This document shows positions 48,330 to 61,454 of a stretch of 64,000 nucleotides of DNA, in pieces. The DNA lies in contig JAXLNO010000655.1 in the NCBI GenBank assembly GCA_038087875.1, forward strand, positions 62,001 to 126,000, read 5' to 3'. The notes beneath the pieces were generated by a model. It was not told the origin of the DNA. It did not search any database and saw only the letters and a list, made by a program, of their open reading frames with translations. Position 1 is the first letter of the stretch, and each line of letters opens with the position of its first letter. Made by a program: the position numbers and the translations under genes. The stretch is from Malacoraja senta. Lineage: Eukaryota.

Positions 48330-49105
48330 ATCATAGAATCATAGAATCATAGAAAGTACGTGCGAGAGCAGACCACCAGGTCCATCGAGCCCGCACCGCC
48401 ATTCGCCCATGGCTGAACACCAAACAAACAAACACCCCCACCCACAAACAGTAGACACAAGACACAGAACACAAGACACTACCCTCCCCTTTATAGCGCT
48501 ATCACCCCTCTCCACCCCAAGAACCGAGTGATCTCCTGGGGGAGGCAAAAAACCGGATAAAAACCCAGGTCCAATTCGGGAAAAAAATCCGGGAAATTCC
48601 TCTCCGACCCCAATCCAGGCGATCGACACTTGTCCAGGAGATCACTCAGGTCTTACTATACTAACCTTACCTAGGTCCATATCCCTGCCCTCTCCCCGTA
48701 GCCCCTTATCCCCTTGGCAGCTAAAAAACCATCTATTTTAGACTTAAATATATTTAATGTTTCTGCTTCCACTGCTCCCTGGGGCAGTGAATTCCATAAA
48801 TTAACCACCCTCTGGGTGAAGAAGTTCTTCCTCATCTCAGTTTTAAAAGAGCCCCCCCTTATTCTACAACTATGTCCCCTGGTTCTAGTTTCCCCGATCA
48901 TTGGGAACATCCTCGGTGCATCCACCCGATCAAGGCCCCTCACGATCTTATATGTTTCAATGAGATCGCCTCTCATTCTTCTAAACTCCAAAGAGTAGAG
49001 TTCCAGCCTACTTAACCTTTCCTCATATGTCAATCCCCTCATTGCAGGAATTAATCTTGTAAACCTTCGCTGCACTGCCTCTAGGGCCAGTACATCCTTT
49101 CTTAA
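48330..49105 (-). mobile_element. CR1 LINE 3' fragment with (ATTCTATG)n terminus
   Basis: Uninterrupted 134-codon CR1 C-terminus (QRRFTRLIP...RKNFFTQRVVNLWNSLP); CATAGAAT repeats at 48332-48355 are the canonical CR1 octamer tail. Confidence 0.9.
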
Positions 49106-49479
49106 GATAGCTCACTGCATCATTTCGGAGAGGATAGGTAAGGCTTTGTGAAAATGCAAATGGCTGCCTCCCAGCACTGACTGAAGCATATTGAAGTGAA
49201 AGACTTGAGTTTATGGACCAATGTTGTCGGTATTGTAGAGATTAGCTGAGGTGTTTATGTGCAAGATTCAAGAGTCAAGTCAAGAGTGTTTAATTGTCAG
49301 ATGTACTGACAGCAAAACAATGAATTTCTTACATGCAGCATCTTAACCAGCTTGCAAATGTAATAATGGACAGATAAATATATGATAATCAATAATACAA
49401 TAAAATAAAAATAACAACAATAACTAAATAGCGCAAAACCAAAGTCTATAGTGCAACCAAGGCACAGTCCATAGTAGAT

Positions 49480-49698
49480 TATAGACACAAAAAGCTGGAG
49501 TAACTCAGCGTGTCAGGCAACATCTCTGGAGGAAAGGAATAGGTGACATTTCGGGTCAAGACCCGTCTTCAGAAGAAGGGTCTCGACCCAAAACGTCACC
49601 TATTCCGTTCTCCAGAGATGCTGCCTGACCCACTGAGTTACTCCAGCTTTTTGTGTCTATCTTCGGTGAAAACCAGCATCAGCAGTTCCTTCCCACGC
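49480..49698. mobile_element. Penelope-like fold-back unit
   Basis: Palindrome at 49481-49660, flanked by TCCATAGTAGAT (49468-49479) / TCCATAGTGGAT (49699-49710). Confidence 0.75.
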
Positions 49699-51066
49699 TC
49701 CATAGTGGATGGTTAGTGCTGTGTAGAGTTCAAGGACCTGATGGTGCTCGGGTGAAGACGTTCTTGTACCTGGTGGTCTTGGTTTTCACTGAAGGCCTGA
49801 TTTCTAGCCGTGGTCCTCATTTATGTTGTCTTCCATCTTTGAATGTTATGAATAGGAAAAATATCAAAAACTATGTCTTACCTTTGAGTCAGATGAACTA
49901 ACACCAGAGACTAGTTGAAAAAAGTATCTAAAGATCTACCTCATGGCATATCATGGGATTAGAGTGCATGAGCAAAAATAAGGTCAGCGTGGATGTGGTG
50001 GGCTGAAGGGCCAGCGTCTGTATAGGTCTATGACTCTGTGCCACAACAACCACTTTCCGGTCACTCCTGCAATTCAGTCGGAGACTTCCCAGTGTCACCT
50101 TCGCACAGTGTACACATGTCCACGTCAGGGACATAGGGTTGAAAACATTTCCAGGGCAACGACCCAGCAAAGTTGAGCCCATGCTGTCGAATCATAGAGT
50201 CATACAGGACTCTAACAGGCCCTTTGGCACAACTCGCCCATGCTGAGCAAGATGACCGTCTGAACTAGTTCCATTTGCGAAGATTGGCCCATGACCCTCT
50301 AAATGTTTATTATCCAAATGTATTTTACTATCCAAGATGTCTTTTAAATGTTATTATTGTACCTGTTTTCTGAGGGATGGCCACCGTTGGATACTTTGAG
50401 GTTATGCGTTACTACCTCAGTATTACATTTGAATCATCCTTTCCTATATATCCCTCCCCGCAATTTGCCCACAAATTGTCAGTCATGATGAGCTATACAT
50501 CATGGAAACAGGCCCTTCGGTCCACCTTGTCCATGCTGACCAAGTTGGCATATTGGCTGGCCCCATTTGCTTGTATTTGGCCCATAAACATCTAAACTTT
50601 TCCTATCCATATATTTGTCCAAATGTCTTTGAAAAGTAAAAATTGGATTCACTTCTATAGCTTCCTCTGGCAGCTCATTGCAGATATAAACGACCCTCTG
50701 AGTGAAGAAGTTCATTCTTAAATCTCTCCCGTCACACCTTAAGCCTGTGCCCTTTAGTTTTAGACTCCTCTACACGGGGGGAAAGACTGCGAGCATTCAC
50801 TTTATCCATGCCCCTCATGATCTCGTGAAGAAGGGTCTGAAGAAGGGTCTCAACCCGTAACGTCACCTATTCCATTTCTTCAGAGATGCTGCCTGACCCG
50901 TTGAGTTACTCCAGCATTTTGTGTCTTCCCCTCATGACCGTGTACAACTCAGTACGGTCACCTCTCAGCCTCCTTCGCTCCAAAGAAAATAGTCCCAGTC
51001 CGTCCAATCTCTCCATACAGCACAAGCCCGCCAGCCCAGGTAACATCCTGGTGAACCTCTTCTGCA

Positions 51067-51206
51067 GGGGTGGAAGATTGCAACCTTCACGTGGTCCGAC
51101 TGTTTCGACTAACGCAATCAACTCGACGTGCACAAACGGAAGATCAAATAGATCAAGTTGTCCTACAACTTTAGGCTGTGCACGCCACACGAAAGAAGAA
51201 GAAGAA
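51067..51206 (+). mobile_element. Short retroposed insert with (GAA)n tail, family unassigned
   Basis: Perfect 14-bp TSD GAACCTCTTCTGCA (51053-51066, 51207-51220) inside a minus-strand CR1 fragment. Confidence 0.85.
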
Positions 51207-52823
51207 GAACCTCTTCTGCACTTTTCCCAACTTAATGACATCTTTCCCATAGCTGTGTGACAAGAACTGCACATGATACCACCGTATTGACCACTTGGTG
51301 GCTGGCTCGAACCCAGAGATGGAGAGCTGGGCTAAATCATCTCTTCCTCTGCTGATGACTTGACCCGTGCGTCCTCGTTACAATTCCACCACTTTTGTCC
51401 GCACTGCTGCTAAGTGATAATAGAAGACATCCCATAATTTTGTTTCCATCAATTACTTTGGACGATTCTTTGCTTCACCCTTAAGTGGTCCATTAGCACT
51501 TCCTCCATTGAAAGGCAATAAAATATATTATAGGCTCCACGTGTGGATTAGGTCATTGTAAACTGATGTAATGACCCCAGAACTCTGCAGTACTCACTCT
51601 CCAGGCACGCAAACACAACCTCTTCCTGTTGATTAGTTATAGCTCTATGTTCAGAAGGTTTGTCAAATATTGCTTTAGGAGCTGGGGAGTGCATATTAAA
51701 CTTTAATTCACTTCGTTTGTTCGGGTTGTTAGAGTGCTGGTCACTGGAGCAGAAGAGGATGAGGGGTGATCGAACACAGGTATGTGGATAGACACAAAAC
51801 GCTGGAGTAACTCAGTGGGACAGGAAGCATCTCTGGAGAGGAGGAATGGGTGACGTCTTGGGTCGAGTCCCTTCTTCAGACTGGTGAAAGTTGTGGTGGA
51901 AATGCCGAACTTCCTAAGCCGATTCACCTATCCTGGACTTTGCTAAAGATTGTAAATTGTCGCTAGTGTGTAGGACAGCACTAGTGTCTGGGGATCGCTG
52001 GTCGGCGTGGACTCGGTGGGCCGAAGGGCCTGTTTCTGCACTGTATCTCTAAACTACAACTATAAGTTCCCTTTCAACACATCTCCTGTTCACTAGTTCC
52101 TTTCCCCGCTCAGTATCATCTCTTCCCGTGGCTTCCAAATTAGGAATTAATTGAATTCCCAATTAGCATGCCTCACATCCTCACATAAGCCTTTCGAAAT
52201 GTATTACTGGGAAGAGGACATCTCTGGCAAGATGGCTGTTTTGTTGCTCATGAACAGATGTCCTGAACTGAAGGCATTTGGGACTGGAGACACATAACGA
52301 TCCAAACTGGATAAGGACAGCGGATTTCATTGCCTGAAGGACGTTTAGGTTTTAACAACAATTTCTCAGCTTTGCCAGCATTACGTTCTTTTGGACTGAA
52401 TTCAAATTCAGTCCAAAATTTGTCAGTCACATTCACTTGATGTCCTGTAGTTGGCCTCCTGTACTGTCACAGCAAGGTTGAATGCAAGACGGAGATATAA
52501 GTACATCGAACATAGAGAAGTACAGCACAGAAACAAGCTCTTTGGCTCACTATGTCTGCTTTGAACATGACGCCAACATAAATTAATCTCGTCTGCTTGC
52601 ACATGATCTATTTCCCTCTCTTCCTTACATATTAATGCGCCTATCTAAAAGCCTCATCAATCCCACAATTGTATCTGCGTGCTTTCACCACCACCCCAGG
52701 GAGCCTGTTCCTGGTACCTACCATCTTCTATGTAAAAAAACATCTCCTTTAAACTTTGCCCCCCACTTTAAATCTGTGACCTATAGTCATTGACATTTCC
52801 ACTCTTGGAACAGGTTCTGACTG

Positions 52824-53438
52824 AGGGCGGCACAGTGGTGCAGCGATAGAGTAGCTGCCTTGCAGTGCCAGAGACCCGGGTTCAATCCTGACTACGGGTG
52901 CTGTCTGTGTGGAGTCTGTATGTTCTCCCCATGACCTGCGTGGCTTTGGTAACATTTTAAAATTTCCCTAGTGTGTAGGATAATGCGAGTGTACGGGGTG
53001 ATCGCTAATCGGCATGGACACGGCGGGCCGAAGGGCCTGTTTCCACGCTGTACTCTAAAGTCTAATGTAAAAGCCAGAGCCTCAGAATAAAAGAACGTTC
53101 CTTTAAAAAGGAGACGAGGAGGAAGCTTTAGTTTAGTTAGTTTAGTTTAGTTTAGTTTAGAGACAGCCAATCGGCATAGAGTCTGCACCGACCAGCGATC
53201 CCCGCTTATGAACACTACCCTACGCACTTGGTATAGTCTTACATTTATACCAAGCCAATTAACCTACAAACCTGTACATCTTTGGAGTGTGGGAGGAAAC
53301 CGAAGATCTTGGAGCAAACCCACACAGGTCATGGGGAGAATGTACAAATTCCGTACAGACAGGCACCCTTAGTCAGGATCGAACCCGGGGTCCCTGGTTC
53401 TGTATGGCAGTAGCTCTACCATTACGCCATTGTGCCGC
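52824..53438. mobile_element. Inverted pair of V-SINEs (52824-53065 plus, 53128-53438 minus)
   Basis: Same family, tail-to-tail. Confidence 0.8.
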
Positions 53439-54538
53439 CTAATTTATTTAGTCAGAGGGTGGTGAATCTGTGGAATTCATTGCCACAGAAGGTCTTGGAG
53501 GCCAAGTCAATGGATATTTTTAAGGTGGAGATAGATTCTTGATTAGTACGGGTGTTAGGTATTATGGGGAGAAGACAGGAGAATGGGTTGAGAGGGAAAG
53601 ATCGCACAGCCATGATGGAATGGTGGAGTAGATTTGATGGGCCGAATGGCCTAATTCTGCTCCCACAACTTATGAACAACTTATCCTTGGGTTCGTTCTC
53701 AGCCACGCATACATCCTGTTCACTTGATTCTTGTGAATCACCTCGAGAGATTTCTGTTGCACAAAGGTCACCATGTAAATACAACTTTGGTAACATTATC
53801 AGTGCGACTTACAAGATAGAATTCACAGCCAGCATCGCACAAGCTAGAAACTCAAATGGTTCATGTCAAAACTGCATCTTTTATTAGGAACTGAGATATT
53901 TTTTTTTACATAACGTATGTTTATAAAGAATAAATCACAGCACATTTAAATTGCGATTTGTGTTTATAATAAGAAAAATTGATTAATTTCCCATTAAAAT
54001 TTAAATATTACTAAAAAACTGGATGAATGTTAGTGCTGACACCATTTCTCCAGAGTAGAAATTACAGCTCTTGTTGCTATAATAAAACATGCACATCCTG
54101 CATTAAAATAGTTTGGCTTCATTTAATGGAAGATGTGCTATAATTAAGAGAGAGGTGGGGGGAGAGACCAAATAATACAGTCACACGGAGAGTAAAATGA
54201 CCATCGGTGTTCAAAATAGGATTGGCCATTGTGAGTAAGGACCCTGACAAAATCAACAGGTGGGTTCACAGGTCACCAGACAGTGACATGGGGTGATGGG
54301 TACAAAGGGGCATGATATGTTCACTCAGCATGCAACTGAATACAATGGCTTCATGCACGGGAAATTAAAACCAGGAAGAGTAAGAGAGAAAAAAAATAAC
54401 AATTTCTGATTTGGGCCATTGTCCGAGAACTCCCGTTGCTCCAGTCTTTCCTGATTGCAAGCTGTCAGGAATGTTCGTGATCCGGATCCCGTTAAGTCCC
54501 TTGGTGAGTCGCCAGGAGCCGTGGGCTCTTTCCCTTCC

Positions 54539-54607
54539 TCAAGGAGATGGGGCTGCCTTGAGGGAGTTGCTGGATCCTTGGGTGCCGACACAAGGTTGTC
54601 CCAGCCA
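54539..54607 (-). CDS. SYT9: Probable terminal coding exon of synaptotagmin-9 (SYT6/9/10 group)
   Basis: Branch-like CCTAAC, pyrimidine tract and tacag| acceptor at 54607; phase-0 WLGQPCVGTQGSSNSLKAAPSP*, resembling the W.G....SQGS....PP.P tail of non-mammalian SYT6/9/10. Same strand and upstream of OLFML, as in the SYT9-OLFML1 (or SYT6-OLFML3) synteny. Short match recalled from memory; no C2-domain exon is in the window. Confidence 0.55.
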   Translation of the reverse strand, partial: WLGQPCVGTQGSSNSLKAAPSP

Positions 54608-57294
54608 CTGTATTAGAATGACATAGACACAAGGAAAGCGTTAGGTTTGTCACTGAATCAATTGAGATGGTCAAATCCTGTCTCCGACACTTCTGTGCCT
54701 TCTCATTATTTCTCGCTCCAGTCATTTCATGTTAGCAGTTTTCATAAGTTCATCTTCATAAGTTCCAGGAGCAGAGTTAGGCCATTCGGCCCATCGAGTC
54801 TCCTCTGCCATTCGATCAGGGCTGATCTACCTCTCCCTTTCAACCCTGTTCTCCTGATTTCTCCCCATAATCGCTGACACCCTTACGAAACCTAAGAATA
54901 AAGGGGAGGCCATTTAAAACTGAGATGAGGAAAAAAACGTTTTCACCCAGAGAGTTGTGAATTTGTGGAATTCTCTGCCACAGAAGGCAGTGGAGGCCAA
55001 ATCACTGGATGAATTTAAAAGAGAGTTAGATAGAGCTCTAGGGGCTAGCGGAATCAAGGCACGGGTTACTGACTGTGGATGATCAGCCATGGTCACAATG
55101 AATGGCGGTGCAGGCTCGAACGGCCGAATGGCCTCGTCCTGCATCTATTTTCTATGTTTCTGTGAAATACGAATCTGTCAATTTCCGCCTTAAAAATACC
55201 CAATGACGGCCTCCACAGTCGTCTGTGGCAATGAATTCCACAGATTCACCCCCTCTGACTAAAGAAATTCCTCCTCATCTCCTTTCTAAATATACGTCCT
55301 TTTACTCTGAGGCTATGGCCTCTGGTCCTAGACTCTCCCACTAGTGGAAACATCCTCTCCACATATACTGCCTCCAGGCCTTTCACAATATGGCAAGTTT
55401 CAGAGGTTCCCCCTCATCCTTCTAAACTCCAGCGAGTACAGGCCCAGTGCCATCAAACGCTCATCATCAATCATTCCTGGGATCATTCTCGTCCTAGAAT
55501 CTGGTTTTAGTTTGGTTTAGTTTGAAGATACAGCATGGAAACAAGCCCACAGTGTCCATACCGGCCATCGATCACCTGTTCACACTAGTTTTGTTCTCAT
55601 CAGCTCCACTAGGGGCAAGGATACTTAAGACACTTAAATGGGCAAGGAAGGATACGATCCAAATGTGGGCCATCCAAAGGAGACCTACCCGATGTGCCAC
55701 GGCCGCCGGGCGTCTGGACCCGCCCGAAGGCTCGTTGGTCAGATGGACCACGAACCTGCCTGAAGGCTTGTCGGGTGGTGTAACTGGGAGGGAGCTGGAG
55801 ATGTTTGGTGCTGGGAGTGGGCTGGTAGGAAGCTGAACCGGGGTAATGCCTCCCGGCACCATCAAGGTCGGCTGCCGGAGATGCCCCAGGACACAATGAT
55901 GGCCGGGCGAGGAGAGGAGAGGAGAGGAGAGGGACGTCGGTTTATGGGAACTGCTCCGGTACATCGAGCACGGAGACTTTGAATAAATGGCAGTGCCCAC
56001 ATGTGTAATGTATGCAAATAAAATTTCGCTGCGCAGTTGCATGTGTGATAAATGAAGCGGCAATGAACCAATGGAGTTAGTGCAGATGGGTTAGAATGTC
56101 CACATGGCCATGGTGGGCCAAAGGGTCTGTATGCCCCATTGACTCGGGCCCTCTGACAGTGCAGCTTTCCCTCGGCGTTGGGCTGGATTTTGTGTTCAAA
56201 GTCAAATGTGCGACAAAGTCATGATTCTCTGGCTTAGATGCCACTTACAGAGCAATGACGGTGAGATGGATACTCTCGAAAAGAGCACAAAAAGAGACAC
56301 AGAAACAGGAGAGCCAATTCCGATTAGGACAGTGGTTGCAAGGAGGACGAAGTCCACTGCACACCAGCTGATTCCGTTGGCTTGCTTCCTCTTATAAAGT
56401 CTACATAATTCACAAACTGACCTCCAAAATAAGGATACTGTAATATAACCCATCTCCAGGGAAGGATTGTGTGCCAGGAATATATCCAGACGATGTGAGT
56501 TGACTCAATCATTTCCTGTCGCGCGTGAATCTGGCTTTGTCCCACCAAACTTGCCCCCTCCCCCAGGCTGGGCATCTGCTGAATGAAAGGCCGGCAGCCA
56601 AGTACAACCTGGATGTGCCAACGTCATCTTCCAATCTGGGAATGACCCAAAGGTGGAACTTTGTGCAAGCAGGATTTCATGACCACACTTTGGTGGGGCG
56701 AGTGAGAGATACTCCAAAATCTTTGTCCAGGTTTAAGTTCATAATTGATAGGAGCAGAATTAGGCCATTCGGACCATTAATTCTACTCCGCCATTCAATC
56801 ATGGCTGATCTATCTTTCCCACTCAACCCCATTCTCCTGCCTTTTCCCATAACCCCTAACACCTGCAATATTTCGTTCAAGCCTAGGTTTGAATGACAAT
56901 AAATAGCATTCTAATCAATATTCTATCTATCTCTGGCTTAAAAATATCCATTGATGGCCTCCACAGATTCACCACTGGATGACTAAAGACATTTCTCCTC
57001 ATGTCCTTTTTAAAGGAATGTCCTTTAACTCTGAGGCTATGACCTCTGGTCCTAGACTCATCGACCAGTGGTGGAACATCCTCTCCACATCCACTCTATC
57101 CAGCCCGAATGCTGCCTGGATTTGAGGGTATTAGTGATAATGTGATGTTGGATAAAATTAGATTGTTTTCTCTGGACTGTCCGAGGCTGATAAAAGTTTA
57201 GTTTAGTTTAATTTAGTTTATTGTCGCGTGTACTGGGGTAGAGTGAAAAGCTTCTGTTGCGTGCTAAGTAGTTAGTGGAAAGACCACAAAATGG

Positions 57295-57590
57295 TAGCAC
57301 AGCGGTGGAGCTGCTGCCCCACAGCGCCATGGACCCAGGTTCAATCGTGTCTACGAGTGCTGTCCATACAGAGTTTGTACGTTCTCCCCGTGACTGCATG
57401 TGTTTTCTCCAGGAGCTCCGGTTTCCTCCCACACTCCAAAGACGTACAGGTTAGGAGGTTAATTGGCTTTGACAAGTTGTAAAAATTGCCCCTCGTGTGT
57501 GCGTGTGTGTAGGTTAATGTACGGGGTGATCGCTGGTCAGCGCGAACTCAGGGAGCTGAAGGTCCTGTTTCCGCACTGTATCTCTAAACT
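57295..57590 (+). mobile_element. V-SINE (HE1-like)
   Basis: tRNA-like head, V-domain, CTCTAAACT tail. Confidence 0.8.
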
Positions 57591-59191
57591 CTGATAAATG
57601 ACTACAATTGAGCCATCCACAGTGTACAGAAGCATGATAAAGGGAAATAACCTGAAAAACATTTAGTGCAAGATAAAAGTCCAGTATAGTCCGATCAAAG
57701 ATAGTCCGAGGGTCTCCAATGAGGTAAATAGTAGCTCAGGACTGCTCTCTAGTTGTTGGTAGGATGGTTCAGTTCAGTTGTATGATAACTGCAGTGTTTA
57801 AGTGATGAAAGGCATAGAAAGGGTTGACAGTGTGAACCGTATCCCGAAGTGGAAATGTCGAAGACTAGAGGGCATAGCTTTAAGGTGAGAGGGGAAACAT
57901 TTAAAGTAAATGTGCAGGGCACGTATTTAAACAATGGTGGATGCCTGGAAGATGCTGCCAGGGGCATTGATGGAGGTAGATACAATAGTGGGGCTATTCG
58001 TGGGGCAGATAAAATAAAGAGGCTTTAGGATAGACATTAGGAATGGAGGAATATGGATCATGTGCAGGCAGAGGAAATTAGTTTAACTTGGCATCGTGCT
58101 CACACAGACTTTGTGGGCTGTAGGGCCTTTTCCTGTGCTGTACTACTTCATGTTGATAGGTTTTCTCGGAGCAGATTTAGGCCATTCTGCCCATCAAGTC
58201 TACTCCACCATTCAATCATGGCTGACCTATTTTTCCCTCTCAACCGCATTCCCCTCCCTTCTCCCCGTAACCCCTGACACCCGTACTAATCAAGAATCTG
58301 TCTATCTCTGCCTTAAAAATACCCAAATGACTTGGCCTCCACAACCTTCTGCGGCAATGAATTCCACAGATTCACCACCCTTCTGACTAAAGAAATTCCT
58401 CCTCATCTCCTTCCTAAAATATCATCCTATAATTCTGAGGCTTGTGGCCTCTGGTCCTGGACTCTCCCACTAGTGGGAATGTGCTCTCCGCATCCACTAA
58501 GGCCATTCATTATTTGGTAACTTTCAATGATGTCCCGCTCATCCTACAACTCCATATTCTGTATTTATGCCCCTCCCTTTAGGAATTATTATCTGCTGGG
58601 TGCTGATCCAATTCCCTTTGGAAGCAGTGAGTGGCCTTACCTTTGTCTCCTCTGCAGGAGATGGGATGCGGAACATCACCACTCTCAATGTAATAAGGTT
58701 TCCCCCCCCTCCCTTCTCTCGTCTCTTTTGTCCGTCAGTTTGGATTTGCTACATGAATCCTCACCCACGTGAGCCACACTGCCTAGCTCCGTCGGATCAG
58801 ACTGGGAGGGGACACATGCTGTGCAATTTAAAAGGTTAACGACTACATCAAACCTCAGCTGCTAGCTATTCCTTTCTGCATATAAAAAAAACACCAGGAG
58901 CCTGTGAAATGCTAGCATGAGACTTCTGTCACATAATCCCCAACTGGATGACATGTACACAGGGTGCGGGAGCAGAGGAGCAAGGCTGCCAAATTACTCA
59001 TCAGCTGCTGAGTGAGCGTTGTAGAGGGGACTGATATGGAGCCTATAGCAAAGAAACAGGCCCTTCGGCCCTTTCCGCTGGGGTTTGCACCATACTGCAT
59101 GAATGGTGATGGTCGAGAGCTTTAAGTTCGAAGGCGTAAATATCATCAGAAATATGTCCTTGGCCAAACACATTGAAGCTACGGAAAAGAT

Positions 59192-59507
59192 GGGCGGCAC
59201 GGTGGCGCAGCGGTAGAGTTGCTGACTTACAGCGCCAAAGACCCGGGTTCGATCCTGACTATGGGTGCTGTCTGTCCGGAGTTTGTACATTCTCCACTTG
59301 ACCATGTGAGTTTCCTCCGGATGCTCTGGTTTCTTCTCACATTCCAAAGACATACAGGTCTTTTATGTTAATTGGCTCCGGAAAATTATATATTGTCCCT
59401 AGTTGCAGGATAGTGCTAGTGTGTGGGGATTGCTGGTTGGAGCGGACTCAGTGAGTTGAAGGACCCATGTCCACGCTGTATCTCTTAATTGAACTAAACT
59501 AAACTAA
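59192..59507 (+). mobile_element. V-SINE (HE1-like) inserted in a Rex1/Babar fragment
   Basis: GGGCGGCACGGTGGCGCAGCGG head, (CTAAA)n tail; Rex-like sequence on both sides. Confidence 0.85.
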
Positions 59508-60689
59508 GATAACACACCTCCTCCTCTAGTTCCTGAAAAGACTAAGGAAGTTCGACATGTCTCCAGTGAAATTTGTGTAGGAATTAACTGCAGATACTGG
59601 TTTAAACCAAAGATAGACACAAAAAGCTGGAGTAACTCAGCGGGTCGCACAGCATCTCTGGAGAAAAGGAGTAGGTGACATTTCGGGTTGAGACTCCTCT
59701 TCGGACTCAGAGTAACTCTAACCAGTTTCTAAACATGCACCGTAGAATGCATGTTTCCCAATGATGAATCCCAATAGGATGCATCCCAGCCTGGTTTGGC
59801 AACAGTGCTGCTCCTGACAGCAAGAAATTACAGAATTGTAAACGTGGCCCATTCTATCACACAAACCAGCCTCCACCCCCATTGACACCATCTATAGTTC
59901 AAGCTGCCTCGGGAAAGCTGCCAACATTATCAAAGACCACTCAAACACCCTTCTCCCGCTGGGAGATACAAAAAGTGCACGTTTTTATTGTCCCTCTGAA
60001 TTAATTTCAATATTAATTCCACCAAAGCCATTATGCTCTCAGGCCCGCTTATCAGGTTTGCTCTATATATACAGTAAATCTCTGATAATCTGCTATCTGA
60101 ATACTTGGAAGATATAACATTTGGAAATCCCTGCTCTCATTCTCCCCCTCCACCCCGATGGGCACACTGTTCTCTCACCACCCTTGTCACTCTGTTCCAT
60201 ATAGCACGGAAACACACCCTTCGGCCCAACTTATCCATGCTGACCAAGATGCCCCATCCGTCCTAATCCTACCTGCCCGTGTTTGGCCCATATCCGTCCA
60301 AATGTATTTTTTTATTAATGTACTTGTCCAGCTGTGTTGGACATGACCCCAGGCCCTCTGAGCCTCGTTAACTTGCTGGGTAATCTCGCTCTCCAGACGA
60401 TATCGGTCACAATCCTCACCAATATTAAATGAATTGAAAATAAATACGACGTTTTTGTCCGATAATCTGCAAGATTTACAGTTCATCTCCCCCCTGACGG
60501 GAACATCAATAACCAGGGGTCGAAGAGTTAGTAAGATCCATCGTCAACATGGAGGAGAGGTGAGGAGGATTTTTCTTCAGTTTCAGCCACGAGCTCTCGA
60601 TTACAGTTCTTGAAAGGCAGACGGGAGCAGATTCAACAGATGGTAGGTAACTAAGTAAATGTTTGCTGAGGTAAACTTGGGGAAAGATT

Positions 60690-61012
60690 TGGGTGCAACT
60701 GTGGCATAGTGGTAGAGCTACTGTCTTACAGAGCCAGAGACCCGGGTTCGATCCTGACTACGGGTGCGGTCTGTACGGAGTTTGTATGTTCTCCCCGTGA
60801 CCTGCGTGGGTTTGCTCACAGGTCCTCGGCTTCCTCCCATACTCCAAAGATTTACAGGTTTGTATGTTATTTGGCTTGATGTAATTGTAAATGAAAAATT
60901 GTCCCTGGTGTATGTAGAGTAGTGTTAATGTGCGGGGATTGCTGGTCGGTGCGGACTCGGTGGGCCGAAGGGCCTGTTTCCACTCTGTATCTATAAACTA
61001 AACTAAACTAAA
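60690..61012 (+). mobile_element. V-SINE (HE1-like)
   Basis: Full copy with (CTAAA)n tail. Confidence 0.85.
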
Positions 61013-61454
61013 ACGAGAGAATGATTTTAATTCTCTAGGTTTAGTACACATCGGTGGAAAGACCAGCATTTATCACCCATGCTTAACTACCCTTCAGCTT
61101 ACGTGGAATTCCTCCACAAACATGCCCTCACCGCAATCCCCATTGAATCTTATTCCAGTGAAGGATATCCCAATATTCCTGCATCAGTACATACCTATCA
61201 TCCCTAAATGTAACCGCTTCATGATCGGCAGCCATCTTTCTAGCTGGCAAGGGCCTGAACTCTGGAATTTTCCTTCTGGAACTTATTGGCCTTTCTTTCC
61301 ACCTTTGAGAGTCTCCATCACACCTCCTCCCTGGACTTGTCAGCTTACTTGGTTTGTTGTCAATTTTGTTTGACTGTGGTCTTGTGAAACTCTGAAATTA
61401 TCAGGTTAAAGACATTTTGTTCCTATAAAAGTTTTTTGTGTCCTCCAGGCCACC

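Noticed and set aside
55590..56060. GC-rich overlapping ORFs as a gene or CpG island
   Set aside because: Ends in a Rex1/Babar-like tail and lacks splice or homology support; probably repeat-derived.
60330..60495. Open minus-strand frame MNCKSCRL...HSWT as an exon
   Set aside because: No recognisable homology and no convincing donor site.
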